This document shows, piece by piece, positions 20,443 to 30,515 of a stretch of 64,000 bases of DNA; within the stretch, counting starts at the first letter, position 1, and the number at the start of each line of letters is the position of its first letter. The translations under genes were made by a program, and so were the position numbers. The notes beneath the pieces were generated by a model that saw only the letters and a list, made by a program, of their open reading frames with translations, searched no databases and was not told the origin of the DNA. Origin of the DNA: Gammaproteobacteria bacterium (GTDB lineage: Bacteria; Pseudomonadota; Gammaproteobacteria; SZUA-229); assembly GCA_041589175.1 (NCBI GenBank), contig JBFHWF010000002.1:9843-73842 (forward strand), written 5' to 3'.

Positions 20443-21788
20443 GACGAATTCACCTCTTTCAGTAACTGGTCGATATGGGCGGCTAGCTGCGTACTGTATT
20501 CCTCGATTTCGGCGAGTTTTTGACAGGCAGTAGCGGTTTGCCCCTGTGATACTAAAGAAGCAATTTCTTTGCCAATTTCATGCACTCGGGCATGGGGAGG
20601 CTCCATGGCGCGGAAGGCATCGATGTCACCAAATTCACTCTGCCCACGGTTGTAATACCACTGACCGAGTCGGCACTGGGTATGATCCTTGAGCTCACTG
20701 TCCTGCATCATCTCACCACCCATTGCCATATTGGCCAGCTTGATTTTCCAGGTGATATGATCGGCCTTAACAGTCTGCAGCAGTATCTGGTCCTGTTCGA
20801 AGGTGGTCATGTAGTTAAACTGCTTAAGAATGGATTCATTGAGCTGCTTTGCATGTAGCAGTACATCGTTAACCTGCTGATTCTCATGTTGTACGGATAG
20901 CGTAATCTCGTTCAGTTTGGATGCCATTTCAGCAGATACGGATTGTTGTTCATTGGCTGAGGTAGAAATCGTCTGTACCTGAGCGGTGACATCATTTACA
21001 ACTGCCGTGACATCACCGAGCGCAATCGCAACCGTTTCCAGGCTATCCAGACTGGTTCCGAGGCTGTCCTTACTGGCGGTCATGGAGTTGCCCACTTCTT
21101 CCATGAGGGTGTTCATGGTCGTCGTGACCGTCTCGATTTCTACCGTCGCCTTTTCGGTTTTTGATGCGAGCTGCTTGACTTCATCGGCAACAACCGCAAA
21201 GCCTCGTCCGGCTTCACCGGCACGGGCGGCTTCGATGGCAGCGTTGAGTGCCAGCAGATTGGTCTGGTTCGCAATATCTCTGACGATGGCTGTCAGATTA
21301 TTAATTTCTTCGGTAAAGCCGGCAAAACGTTGCACTTCGTTAAACATGGAAGTAAGTGCGCCTTCAAGGAGATCCATATCTCCCATCATGGAAGATATTG
21401 CCTGATTGCCAGATTCGGTTTTTTCGTAGCTTTCATTGGCTCGATCCGCCGTTACATTCGCTGACTGGGAGATCTCGGATGCAGACGCCGCCATTTCCTC
21501 TGTCGCGGTTGCAACACTGGCTATGGCATCACTGATAATGATGGCTTCCTTCTGTAATTGCAGGTTTTTGGTAAGAATTTCATAGGTGATTGCCAGGGAT
21601 TCGACACCGGAGGTGGCAACGTCAGTCAGAACCTGATTGTGTTCATTTATGACACTTGTTACATCAGACAGTGCACTGGAAGTGGAACCATTCGACTGAC
21701 TCAGCTGTGAAAACTGCTTCATATCGGCTTTTAATGCAGCTTGCAGTAGCGGTAGTGCAAGCTTTGTCATTATAAATGGGCTGGGCAT
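20439..21788 (-). CDS. Soluble methyl-accepting chemotaxis protein with a C-terminal CZB (chemoreceptor zinc-binding) domain, TlpD-like
   Basis: MCP hairpin motif [32 protein letters not shown] and no TM segment. CZB motifs are [12 protein letters not shown] and HARVHEIG. An AAGGGA Shine-Dalgarno sequence sits before ATG 21788. The stop overlaps the flgA ATG (ATGA). Confidence 0.85.
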   Translation of the reverse strand: MPSPFIMTKLALPLLQAALKADMKQFSQLSQSNGSTSSALSDVTSVINEHNQVLTDVATSGVESLAITYEILTKNLQLQKEAIIISDAIASVATATEEMAASASEISQSANVTADRANESYEKTESGNQAISSMMGDMDLLEGALTSMFNEVQRFAGFTEEINNLTAIVRDIANQTNLLALNAAIEAARAGEAGRGFAVVADEVKQLASKTEKATVEIETVTTTMNTLMEEVGNSMTASKDSLGTSLDSLETVAIALGDVTAVVNDVTAQVQTISTSANEQQSVSAEMASKLNEITLSVQHENQQVNDVLLHAKQLNESILKQFNYMTTFEQDQILLQTVKADHITWKIKLANMAMGGEMMQDSELKDHTQCRLGQWYYNRGQSEFGDIDAFRAMEPPHARVHEIGKEIASLVSQGQTATACQKLAEIEEYSTQLAAHIDQLLKEVNSS

Positions 21789-22030
21789 ATATGATCCCTT
21801 GTTGGTTGTTCTATTTTTATTATGACTACATACCAGCAAAATTTACTAGCGATTCACTACATATAGACTAGTATCTTAACTAAGCCAAATGTTGTTTACC
21901 GGCAAGTTCATGTACTGGATGTCGTTGAGTATAGTAGAAAAATCCACACAACAGTATGTGTGAGCGAAGTGTCAGTAAATATCGGCAGGATAACAAAGAT
22001 GAATGTAGAACCACCTATTGGGAGTCCTAG

Positions 22031-22993
22031 ATGGCAGGCGTATTAGACAGTGTTGATAGCCGCACCCAGCTGGCCGGTCACAACCGGCTGGAATTATTAC
22101 TCTTTCGACTGGAAGGCAAACAGCGTTATGGCATCAATGTATTCAAGGTGCAGGAAGTCATCCGTTGCCCCAAGCTAACGCATATGCCAAAAGCAGATCG
22201 TAAGGTTGTGGGTGTCGCGCATTTACGAAATCGAACGATTCCCGTGATGGACCTTGGGCTGGCGATTAGTAACCAGCCTATTAAGGACCGGGAGAACAGC
22301 TTTGTTATCGTCACCGAATATAATCGCTTCATTCAGGGTTTCCTGGTTGCCGCGGTAGACCGTATCACCAACATGAACTGGAAAGAAATCCTGCCGCCTC
22401 CCAAGGGAAGTGGTAGTTCGAGTTATCTGACTGCTGTGACCCATGTGGATAAAGAGATGGTGGAAATTATTGATGTTGAGCGGGTGTTTGCCGACATCAT
22501 GGGGCATTCGGAAGAAGTCTCTAGTAATATTCTGGATGAAGCAAGTGAAATGGATAGTGAAAAACCGATGCATGTGCTGGTGGTGGATGATTCATCCGTA
22601 GCGCGTAATCAGGTGAAGCGTGTGCTGGAGAAAGTTGGCATTGAATGTACCCTGGCCAATGATGGACAGGAGGGGCTGGAAGTTTTACAGAAATGGGCGG
22701 ATGAAGGAACACCGCTGAATGAAAAGATAGCGCTGGTTATATCCGATATCGAAATGCCTCGTATGGATGGCTATACCCTGACGACCAAGATTCGCAAGGA
22801 CCCCAGAATGGAGGGGCTATATGTTATGCTGCACACTTCTCTGAGTGGTGTGTTTAATAACAGTATGGTAGAAAAGGTCGGGGCTAATCACTTTATTCCA
22901 AAATTTAAACCGAACGAGCTGGCACATACGGTGATTAATATTGTGAATAACAAAGACCCTAAAGAGGGGCTTGATCAGGTTAAAGACGATTAG
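22031..22993 (+). CDS. cheV: CheV (CheW-like domain plus receiver)
   Basis: N-terminal CheW-like domain (LLLFRLEGKQRYGINVFKVQEV) and C-terminal REC (VLVVDDS...ISDIEMPRMDG). Confidence 0.9.
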   Translation: MAGVLDSVDSRTQLAGHNRLELLLFRLEGKQRYGINVFKVQEVIRCPKLTHMPKADRKVVGVAHLRNRTIPVMDLGLAISNQPIKDRENSFVIVTEYNRFIQGFLVAAVDRITNMNWKEILPPPKGSGSSSYLTAVTHVDKEMVEIIDVERVFADIMGHSEEVSSNILDEASEMDSEKPMHVLVVDDSSVARNQVKRVLEKVGIECTLANDGQEGLEVLQKWADEGTPLNEKIALVISDIEMPRMDGYTLTTKIRKDPRMEGLYVMLHTSLSGVFNNSMVEKVGANHFIPKFKPNELAHTVINIVNNKDPKEGLDQVKDD

Positions 22994-23063
22994 CACACTA
23001 AAGCGTTTAAGCTCGATAAAATAATATGAAAAATCTAAACCAAACCGGTGGATCAAATCACCT

Positions 23064-23888
23064 ATGAGCGTAAGTTTTACTCCTGAGGAATATAAAAGTT
23101 TTCAGGCATTCCTGGAGAAAGCCTGTGGCATCGTGCTAGGGGAGAATAAGCATTATCTTGTCTCCAGTCGGCTCAATCGCTTGATGCAGGAAAATAATAT
23201 TCCAACATTACAGGTATTGGTCGATACGCTAGAAAAGTCTTTGAGTAGCCAGCTTAAAACCCGTGTTATCGAGGCCATGACCACCAACGAAACCCTGTGG
23301 TTTCGTGATACCTATCCTTTCAAGGTGCTTAGCGAGACGATTTTCCAGGAGTATCGTGATGCACGAAAACCATCTGTAAGAATATGGTCCGCTGCCTGTT
23401 CCAGTGGGCAGGAACCTTATTCAATGAGCATGGTTGCTGAGGAGTTTGCCAGGGACAATCCTGGTTTCCGAGTTGAAATCGTAGCAACCGATATTTCCCA
23501 GGCGATTCTTAACGAGGCTAAACAGGCGCAGTACGATGGCCTGGCGCTGGCCCGTGGTTTATCCGAAGAGCGTAAGCGGCAATATTTTTCCCAGCTGGGT
23601 GATCAGTGGCAGGTGAATGCAAATATTCGGCAACGAGTGAGTTTTCGTGAAGTGAATCTGTTACAGAACTATGCCACCCTGGGGCGTTTTGATGTAATTT
23701 TCTGCCGCAATGTGCTGATCTATTTCTCTACCGAATCGAAGAAAGATATTCTCGATCGCATGGCAAAAATACTCAATCCTCGTGGTTTCCTTATGCTGGG
23801 TGCGTCTGAATCCATCGCTCAGTACTCTGACAAGTTTGAAATGGTTCGTGCCAGTAGCGGTGTGGTTTACCGTCTTAAAGGCTATTGA
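23064..23888 (+). CDS. cheR: Chemotaxis methyltransferase CheR
   Basis: ETLWFRD, RIWSAACSSGQEPYS and FCRNVLIYF motifs. Confidence 0.92.
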   Translation: MSVSFTPEEYKSFQAFLEKACGIVLGENKHYLVSSRLNRLMQENNIPTLQVLVDTLEKSLSSQLKTRVIEAMTTNETLWFRDTYPFKVLSETIFQEYRDARKPSVRIWSAACSSGQEPYSMSMVAEEFARDNPGFRVEIVATDISQAILNEAKQAQYDGLALARGLSEERKRQYFSQLGDQWQVNANIRQRVSFREVNLLQNYATLGRFDVIFCRNVLIYFSTESKKDILDRMAKILNPRGFLMLGASESIAQYSDKFEMVRASSGVVYRLKGY

Positions 23889-24025
23889 GCCAATTACGTT
23901 CCCATTGTCCCTTCCCTTATCCCGACGGTAATGTGGCTTGCCGCAGGCGGCAAGAGTTGCCGCTTAATGGTGTTTTTTCTTAACAGCGATTCGCTAAGTT
24001 TCTGAATCCATTATAAAAAATATAT

Positions 24026-24041
24026 TGGCATTACCTTTGCA
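24026..24041 (+). promoter_or_regulatory. Sigma-54 promoter for flgBCDEFGH
   Basis: TGGCAT-tacct-TTGCA with GG-N10-GC spacing, about 25 nt upstream of the flgB ATG. Confidence 0.65.
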
Positions 24042-24065
24042 ACACTTCTGCACAAGGAGAAACTA

Positions 24066-24458
24066 ATGTCTGTAAATTTTGATAAAGCTTTCGGAGTCCA
24101 TGATAACGCACTGCTGTTATTCGAGCGTCGTACTCAGCTGCTATCCGAAAACATTGCCAATGTTGATACCCCGGACTTCCGGGCTCGTGATATTGATTTC
24201 CAACAGGCATTACAACAGGCACAGTCAAACCGACTGCTTATGCAAACGTCACATGCCGAGCATATTCAGCCATCACAACAGCCATTCTCCGAGCATGTGC
24301 AGTATCGTGAGGTTGAGCAAAGTGCGGCGGATGGTAACACGGTTGATCTTCAGAAAGAGAAGGCTGCGTTTGCAGAGAATGCTATTCGCTATCAGACCAC
24401 ACTGCATATTCTGTCGAGAAAGATCAGTGGCCTTAAGTCTGCTTTCAAGGGTGAGTAA
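24066..24458 (+). CDS. flgB: Flagellar proximal rod protein FlgB
   Basis: NIANVDTPDFRARD rod signature. Confidence 0.95.
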   Translation: MSVNFDKAFGVHDNALLLFERRTQLLSENIANVDTPDFRARDIDFQQALQQAQSNRLLMQTSHAEHIQPSQQPFSEHVQYREVEQSAADGNTVDLQKEKAAFAENAIRYQTTLHILSRKISGLKSAFKGE

Positions 24459-24460
24459 TT

Positions 24461-24877
24461 ATGTCTGTGTTTAAAATTTTTGATGTTGCAGGTTCCGGAA
24501 TGAGTGCACAGATGTTGCGCCTTAATACGGTAGCATCCAATCTGGCGAATACCGAATCGGTGGTAACCAATCGTGAAGATGTTTACAAGGCGCGACATCC
24601 GGTATTCGAATCTATTCTGCAGCAAACAGGCAGTATGGATGAGGTTGCCACAGTACGAGTGAAAGAAATTGTCGAAGAAGAAACGGCGGCTATACCTCAT
24701 TACCGCCCCAATCACCCCTTATCAAATGCAGAGGGTTATGTGTATAGCCCGAATATCGATGCGGTAGCCGAGATGGCAGATATGATTTCTGCATCGCGTA
24801 GTTATCAGAATAATGTTGAAGTCCTGAATACCGCCAAGCAGATGCTGTTACGCACGCTGCAACTGGGTCAGGCCTGA
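24461..24877 (+). CDS. flgC: Flagellar proximal rod protein FlgC
   Basis: SGMSAQMLRLNTVASNLANT at the N-terminus and SRSYQNNVEVL at the C-terminus. Confidence 0.95.
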   Translation: MSVFKIFDVAGSGMSAQMLRLNTVASNLANTESVVTNREDVYKARHPVFESILQQTGSMDEVATVRVKEIVEEETAAIPHYRPNHPLSNAEGYVYSPNIDAVAEMADMISASRSYQNNVEVLNTAKQMLLRTLQLGQA

Positions 24878-24900
24878 TTAATTAATGCACTGAGGTCACT

Positions 24901-25575
24901 ATGGAAATCAGTCAATACGAAAATATTCCCGGTCTGAGAACTATCATGGATCAGAAGGACGATCAGAAAGATCGTACCGAGCTGGGCCAGAATGAATTTC
25001 TCAAGTTAATGACGACCCAGCTTGCGAATCAGGACCCATTCAAGCCAATGGAAAACGGCGAATTCATGGGGCAGATTGCACAGTTTGGTACGGTCAACGG
25101 TATTAATGAGCTGTTAACGTCATTCCAGGATCTGGCCACAAATCTGCAGTCATCCCAGGCCTTACAGGCATCGAACCTGATTGGTCGTGAGGTACTGGTA
25201 CAGCATAACCAGGGGTACCTGCCAGCAGATGGAAATCTCGCAGGTGCAGTTGAGCTGACGTCGAGTGCATCTGATGTGGCAGTTAATGTTTACGATGCGA
25301 GCGGAGAAGTGCTGGGGCGGGTCGAACTGGGGGCTCAACCCTCGGGGCTGGTTCATTTCAACTGGGATGGCTCAACATTTAGCGGTCAACGTGCACCCAG
25401 TGGACGTTATCGAATCGAAGTTGAGGCTACCTATGGTTCAACCACAGAAGCATTAACACCACAGGTGGTTGATCAGGTGCATAGCCTGACCCTGGGTGGA
25501 GTCGGTCAGGAAATGGTCGTCGAATTAAAGAATCTGGGTAGTGTCGGCTTCACCCAGGTTAACCAGATACAGTAA
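24901..25575 (+). CDS. flgD: Hook capping protein FlgD
   Basis: FLKLMTTQLANQDPFKPM motif. Confidence 0.93.
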   Translation: MEISQYENIPGLRTIMDQKDDQKDRTELGQNEFLKLMTTQLANQDPFKPMENGEFMGQIAQFGTVNGINELLTSFQDLATNLQSSQALQASNLIGREVLVQHNQGYLPADGNLAGAVELTSSASDVAVNVYDASGEVLGRVELGAQPSGLVHFNWDGSTFSGQRAPSGRYRIEVEATYGSTTEALTPQVVDQVHSLTLGGVGQEMVVELKNLGSVGFTQVNQIQ

Positions 25576-25604
25576 TTTGTGAGTCGCAACGCGAGGAGTT
25601 AACG

Positions 25605-26933
25605 ATGTCATTTAATATTTCACTCAGTGGTTTGAACGCTGCATCATCCGATCTGGATGTGACCAGTAATAATATCGCGAATGTGGCCACTACCGGATTT
25701 AAAGGGTCGCGTGCAGAATTTGCCGATATATTTGCAACCGCACGACTGGGTACAACTTCGAAAGCTGTTGGTGCGGGTGTTCAGTTAGCCAATGTCTCCC
25801 AGCAGTTCGGTCAGGGTAACCTGGAGTTTACCGAGAATACACTGGACATGGCCGTGAATGGTGAAGGTTTCTTTGTGCTTCGCCAGAATCAGAATAGCAG
25901 TGATATTGTTTATACCCGTGCCGGCGCTTTTCAGATTGATCAGAATGGTCTGGCAACCAATAGTCAGGGACAGATATTGCAGGTGTTTCCGGTAGATCAG
26001 AATTCAGGCAATGTTACGACTACGAGTTTGACCGGCACAATTCCACTGCAGGTTCCCAATACCGTAGGTACACCCCAGGCGACTACACAGGTAGACATCA
26101 ACCTGAACTTGCCCGCAGGAATAAGCCCGGCGATAAACCCAGCTGCACCAGGCGGTATTGATGCCGAATTTACCGCTGCTCTTCCAGCCAGTACAGTAGT
26201 GCCGAGCACGACTAATTATCATAATTCAACGTCAGCAACGGTTTTTGATTCTCAGGGTAATTCACACATCCTCACGATGTATTTCATTATGACGGACGAT
26301 GCCAATAATACCTGGGAAGTGCGTTCAACCATGGATGGCGTCCCCATGCAAATCGGTGGTGCTTTTTCACCGGCAACCATTGATTTTGACTCATCAGGTC
26401 AGCTGGACCTTGTAACTTCAACCACCAATGCCGCATTGAATTTCGATGCATTTGCTTTGACGAATGGTGCAGCAGCAATTGACATTACAATCGACTTCAC
26501 TAACCAGGGTAATACGATTACCCAGGAAGCCCAGGGTAGTTTTACTGTTCAATCATTAAGTCAGGATGGATTTTCAACGGGCCGACTTTCAGGTCTTGAA
26601 GTGGCTGATGATGGGCTGGTTCGTGCAAGTTTTACCAATGGTCAAACAACTGCACTGGGTAAGCTGGCACTGGCTCGTTTTGAAAGTCCACAGGGTTTAC
26701 GCCAGACGGGTAATACCAGCTGGGTAGAAACCGTTGAATCGGGTCCTGTTATTGGTGGTGAAGCAGGAACAGGTAACTTTGGTCTGATTCAGGCCGGTGC
26801 ACTGGAAACATCGAATGTCGATCTGACTGCAGAGCTGGTAAACCTGATTACTGCACAACGTAACTTCCAGGCTAACTCCAAGGCCATCGAAACAGCCAAT
26901 AGTATTACGCAGACCATTATTAATATTACCTAA
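25605..26933 (+). CDS. flgE: Flagellar hook protein FlgE
   Basis: SLSGLNAASSDLDVTSNNIANVATTGFK at the N-terminus and LETSNVDLTAELVNLITAQRNFQAN at the C-terminus. Confidence 0.95.
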   Translation: MSFNISLSGLNAASSDLDVTSNNIANVATTGFKGSRAEFADIFATARLGTTSKAVGAGVQLANVSQQFGQGNLEFTENTLDMAVNGEGFFVLRQNQNSSDIVYTRAGAFQIDQNGLATNSQGQILQVFPVDQNSGNVTTTSLTGTIPLQVPNTVGTPQATTQVDINLNLPAGISPAINPAAPGGIDAEFTAALPASTVVPSTTNYHNSTSATVFDSQGNSHILTMYFIMTDDANNTWEVRSTMDGVPMQIGGAFSPATIDFDSSGQLDLVTSTTNAALNFDAFALTNGAAAIDITIDFTNQGNTITQEAQGSFTVQSLSQDGFSTGRLSGLEVADDGLVRASFTNGQTTALGKLALARFESPQGLRQTGNTSWVETVESGPVIGGEAGTGNFGLIQAGALETSNVDLTAELVNLITAQRNFQANSKAIETANSITQTIINIT

Positions 26934-26982
26934 TGATGGTTCGGCTAGACAGCTTGAAATGAAGTGATAAAGGTATCGAAAA

Positions 26983-27723
26983 ATGGATAAAGTGTTATTT
27001 ACCGCAGCGAATGGTGCAAGGCAGGCCTTACAGGCACAGAGTGCGCTTGCCCATAATCTGGCAAACGTAAATACCGTGGGTTTTAAATCGCATTTTAATA
27101 CCTTCACCAGCTGGCATGTGGATGGCCCGGGGTTAAATACCCGAGTGATGAACCAGCAACATGCCGATCATGTGGATTTATCTGACGGTCCTATGACTAC
27201 GACTGATCGCGAACTGGATGTAGCCATTAACGGTACCGGCTTTATCGCCGTGTTGAATTCTAAGGGCGAGGAAGCGTTTACTCGCGCGGGCGATTTTCGT
27301 ATCGACAGTGTTGGACGATTAACCACAGGCGCCGGTTTTGCGGTACTCGGTAATGGCGGTCCTATTGCGATTCCTCCTGCAGAAAAAATTGAAATTGGTC
27401 AGGATGGATCAATCAGTATTTTACCGGTAGGGCAGACAGCGGATGCACTGGTGATTGCCGATCGCATCAAGCTGGTTGATCCTGATCTTGGTGAAATCGA
27501 TAAGGATGCCGATGGACTTTTTCAAAATCGTAATGGTGCAGCTGAACCGGCTTCACCTAACGTGGTACTGGAAAGTGGTGTCATCGAACACAGTAATGTG
27601 AATGCGGTCGGTCAGATGGTTGAGTTGATTACCAATGCCCGACAGTATGAAGCGAATGTAAAAGTGATGCAGGAAGCCAAGGCGACTGATGAAGCCTCGG
27701 CACAATTGCTGCGTAACAGTTAA
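26983..27723 (+). CDS. flgF: Flagellar rod protein FlgF
   Basis: HNLANVNTVGFK near the N-terminus and IEHSNVNAVGQMVELITNARQYE near the C-terminus. Confidence 0.93.
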   Translation: MDKVLFTAANGARQALQAQSALAHNLANVNTVGFKSHFNTFTSWHVDGPGLNTRVMNQQHADHVDLSDGPMTTTDRELDVAINGTGFIAVLNSKGEEAFTRAGDFRIDSVGRLTTGAGFAVLGNGGPIAIPPAEKIEIGQDGSISILPVGQTADALVIADRIKLVDPDLGEIDKDADGLFQNRNGAAEPASPNVVLESGVIEHSNVNAVGQMVELITNARQYEANVKVMQEAKATDEASAQLLRNS

Positions 27724-27749
27724 GTTTAATTTAGCCTGGAGTAGACGGT

Positions 27750-28535
27750 ATGAACCCGGCACTATGGATTTCAAAAACAGGTCTTGATGCACAGCAGACA
27801 CGTATGTCTGTTATTTCAAATAACCTGGCGAACGTCAACACAACTGGATTTAAACGCGATCAGGCGATTTTTCAGGATCTGATCTACCAGAATCGCAGGC
27901 AGGTCGGTGGTCAGACGACGGAAGACAGTCGAGCGCCAACCGGTATGTTAATCGGTACAGGCGTGCGCGTTGTGGCAACCGAGAAACTCCATAATCAGGG
28001 TAATATTATCCAGACAGGTAAGTCACTGGATATCGCGATACTTGGTCGTGGTTTTTTTCAGATTCAACAGCCCGATGGCTCTCTGGCCTATACCCGTGAT
28101 GGTACCTTCCAGATGGATGCAGATGGTCAGGTCGTCACCTCACAGGGCCTGCTATTACAACCTGCATTAACGATACCAGCGGATACGCAAACTATTAGTA
28201 TCGGTCAGGATGGAACGGTAACGGTTTTATCTGGAAATAATACGACGCCAACACAGATTGGCAATATTCAGCTGGCAGACTTCGTTAATCCATCCGGTTT
28301 ACAACCGGAAGGAAATAACCTGTTTACCGAAACCGCATCCAGTGGTGCGCCCACTACGGGTACGCCTGGCTTAACTGGCCTGGGTACACTGGAGAATGGT
28401 GCACTGGAAACCTCAAATGTCAACGTCGTGGAAGAGCTGGTGAATATGATTGAAACCCAGCGCGCATATGAAATGAACTCCAAGGTGATTTCGACCACTG
28501 ACCAGATGCTTCAATACATCAGCAACAATATTTAA
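27750..28535 (+). CDS. flgG: Flagellar distal rod protein FlgG
   Basis: [14 protein letters not shown] and [23 protein letters not shown] motifs. Confidence 0.95.
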   Translation: MNPALWISKTGLDAQQTRMSVISNNLANVNTTGFKRDQAIFQDLIYQNRRQVGGQTTEDSRAPTGMLIGTGVRVVATEKLHNQGNIIQTGKSLDIAILGRGFFQIQQPDGSLAYTRDGTFQMDADGQVVTSQGLLLQPALTIPADTQTISIGQDGTVTVLSGNNTTPTQIGNIQLADFVNPSGLQPEGNNLFTETASSGAPTTGTPGLTGLGTLENGALETSNVNVVEELVNMIETQRAYEMNSKVISTTDQMLQYISNNI

Positions 28536-28559
28536 TGTTGCCGATGCTGGAGATGTAAG

Positions 28560-29240
28560 ATGAAAAAGTTACTTAATTTAAAATGGCTCACACCACTGCT
28601 GGTTCTGTTGATGAGTGCCTGTGCCTCCGGCCCGGAAAAGCTGGCTGACTTCGAACCACTGGTCCGGCCCGTAGCACCTCAGCCACCCAGCTATCAGAAT
28701 GGTTCGTTGTTTCAACAGAATAGTGTCTCATTGTTTGAAGATCCCAAGCCGTATCGAATTGGTGACATCATCACGATTAAATTACAGGAGAGCACCAGTG
28801 CCTCCAAGTCGGCGGGTACCAGTTCATCCAAGGAAGATGAATACACCATGACGGCGCCGACACTGTTTGGTCTGAATCCAACACATAATGGTCAGAACCT
28901 GTTTGAAATGAGTGTTTCACCGGAGCGTGAATTTTCGGGCTCCGCAGATAGCTCACAAAGCAATAGTCTGTCCGGTGAAATCACAGTGACGGTCGTTGAT
29001 ATCTTGCCAAACAGGAATCTTGTGGTGCAGGGTGAGAAGTGGTTTACCTTGAATCAGGGTAAAGAGTACATACGCATTGCGGGTGTGATTCGTCCGCAGG
29101 ATGTATCGCCGGATAATACGATTGCCTCATCCAAGCTGGCCGATGCACAGATTGCCTATAGTGGTGAAGGCTTCCTCGCCGATACCAATGAGCAGGGCTG
29201 GCTGGGTCAGTTTCTCAATAGCAGCTGGTGGCCTTTTTAA
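28560..29240 (+). CDS. flgH: Flagellar L-ring lipoprotein FlgH
   Basis: Lipobox LLMSAC and the GDIITIKLQE motif. Confidence 0.93.
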   Translation: MKKLLNLKWLTPLLVLLMSACASGPEKLADFEPLVRPVAPQPPSYQNGSLFQQNSVSLFEDPKPYRIGDIITIKLQESTSASKSAGTSSSKEDEYTMTAPTLFGLNPTHNGQNLFEMSVSPEREFSGSADSSQSNSLSGEITVTVVDILPNRNLVVQGEKWFTLNQGKEYIRIAGVIRPQDVSPDNTIASSKLADAQIAYSGEGFLADTNEQGWLGQFLNSSWWPF

Positions 29241-29267
29241 ACCAGCATACCATCGATTTGCCATCAG

Positions 29268-29303
29268 CCTGGATGTTTGAGCCCAACATCCGGGCTTTTT
29301 TTT
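29268..29303 (+). terminator. Intrinsic terminator or attenuator between flgH and flgI
   Basis: 10-bp stem cctggatgtt/aacatccggg (one G-U pair), 7-nt loop, then c plus T8. Confidence 0.55.
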
Positions 29304-29349
29304 GCCCGTTCATCCGTGGCCACTTTTATCGCTCTTGAAATTTAAGTAT

Positions 29350-29365
29350 TGGCCTCTGTTTTGCA
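29350..29365 (+). promoter_or_regulatory. Sigma-54 promoter for flgI-flgJ (possibly also flgKL)
   Basis: TGGCC-tctgt-TTTGCA with GG-N10-GC spacing, about 40 nt upstream of the flgI start. Confidence 0.6.
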
Positions 29366-29399
29366 GTAATTCCAGTATATGTATTGATATATCTGGAGA

Positions 29400-30515
29400 G
29401 TGCCAATGCTTTGGCGAGGTTTGTTATCATTTTTCTGTTTGAGTGTCTGCCTGATTGGCTCAGCGACGGCCGAGCGAATCAAGGATATCGCCACTATTGC
29501 AGGGGTTAGAGATAATCAGCTGGTGGGCTATGGGCTGGTCGTTGGCCTGGATGGCACCGGCGACCAGACATCGCAAACACCCTTCACCACACAGAGCTTC
29601 AAGAACATGCTGCAACAATACGGCATAGTTTTGCCGGAAGGTACTAACCCACAGCTGAAAAATGTTGCCGCTGTTGCCATTCATGCCAGCCTGCCGCCAT
29701 TTGCGAAAACCGGACAGAAAATAGATATCACCGTGTCATCGCTGGGTAATGCCAAAAGCCTGCGAGGTGGAAGTTTGTTAATGACACCATTGAAAGGTGC
29801 GGATGGCAATATCTATGCAGTGGCCCAGGGTAACCTGGTGGTGGGTGGTTTTGGTGTGGCCGGCAGTGATGGCTCCAAAGTGACGGTGAATGTGCCCAGT
29901 GTTGGCCGAATTCCGAATGGAGCATCGATTGAGCGCGAGGTGCCCAATCCATTTGCACAGATGGACAAGGTTGTGCTCAACCTGAACCGGAGTGACTTTA
30001 CCACCGCCAACCGAGTGGTACAGGCCATCAATAACGTACTTGGCCCAGACAGTGCCCATGCGCTGGATGCGGTATCGATACAGGTACTGACACCACCCAC
30101 AACCACACAGAAAGTCGAATTTGTCTCCTTCCTGGAAAATCTGCAAGTTGCGCCAGACAGTGCACCCGCAAGAATTATTATTAACTCAAGAACCGGCACC
30201 ATTGTTATCACCGCAGATGTGCGTGTGAAAAGCGCCGCCGTTGCTCACGGTAATCTGGTGGTGAGTGTCACTGCCGACCCGATTGTGAGCCAGCCGGGTG
30301 GTGCGCTTAACCAGGGTACAACCGCAGTCGTCGCTCGTGATCAGATTAATGTGGAACAGGAAGATGCGCGGATGTTTATGTTCCGCGCCGGGGTGAGCCT
30401 GCGTGAGCTGGTCGATGCAGTGAATCGAGTGGGTGCAGCACCGGGTGACCTTGTGGCCATGCTGGAGGCGCTTAAGCAGTCCGGTTCATTAAGTGCAGAA
30501 TTGATAGTGATCTGA
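29400..30515 (+). CDS. flgI: Flagellar P-ring protein FlgI
   Basis: Signal peptide, [25 protein letters not shown] signature. ATG 29406 after GGAGAG is an alternative to the GTG start at 29400. Confidence 0.93.
   Translation: MPMLWRGLLSFFCLSVCLIGSATAERIKDIATIAGVRDNQLVGYGLVVGLDGTGDQTSQTPFTTQSFKNMLQQYGIVLPEGTNPQLKNVAAVAIHASLPPFAKTGQKIDITVSSLGNAKSLRGGSLLMTPLKGADGNIYAVAQGNLVVGGFGVAGSDGSKVTVNVPSVGRIPNGASIEREVPNPFAQMDKVVLNLNRSDFTTANRVVQAINNVLGPDSAHALDAVSIQVLTPPTTTQKVEFVSFLENLQVAPDSAPARIIINSRTGTIVITADVRVKSAAVAHGNLVVSVTADPIVSQPGGALNQGTTAVVARDQINVEQEDARMFMFRAGVSLRELVDAVNRVGAAPGDLVAMLEALKQSGSLSAELIVI

Noticed and set aside
24079-24474. A 131-aa alternative-frame ORF that overlaps flgB.
   Set aside because: The flgB frame carries the canonical rod motif and a strong Shine-Dalgarno sequence. 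The alternative frame is Cys/Ser/Arg-rich with no signal.
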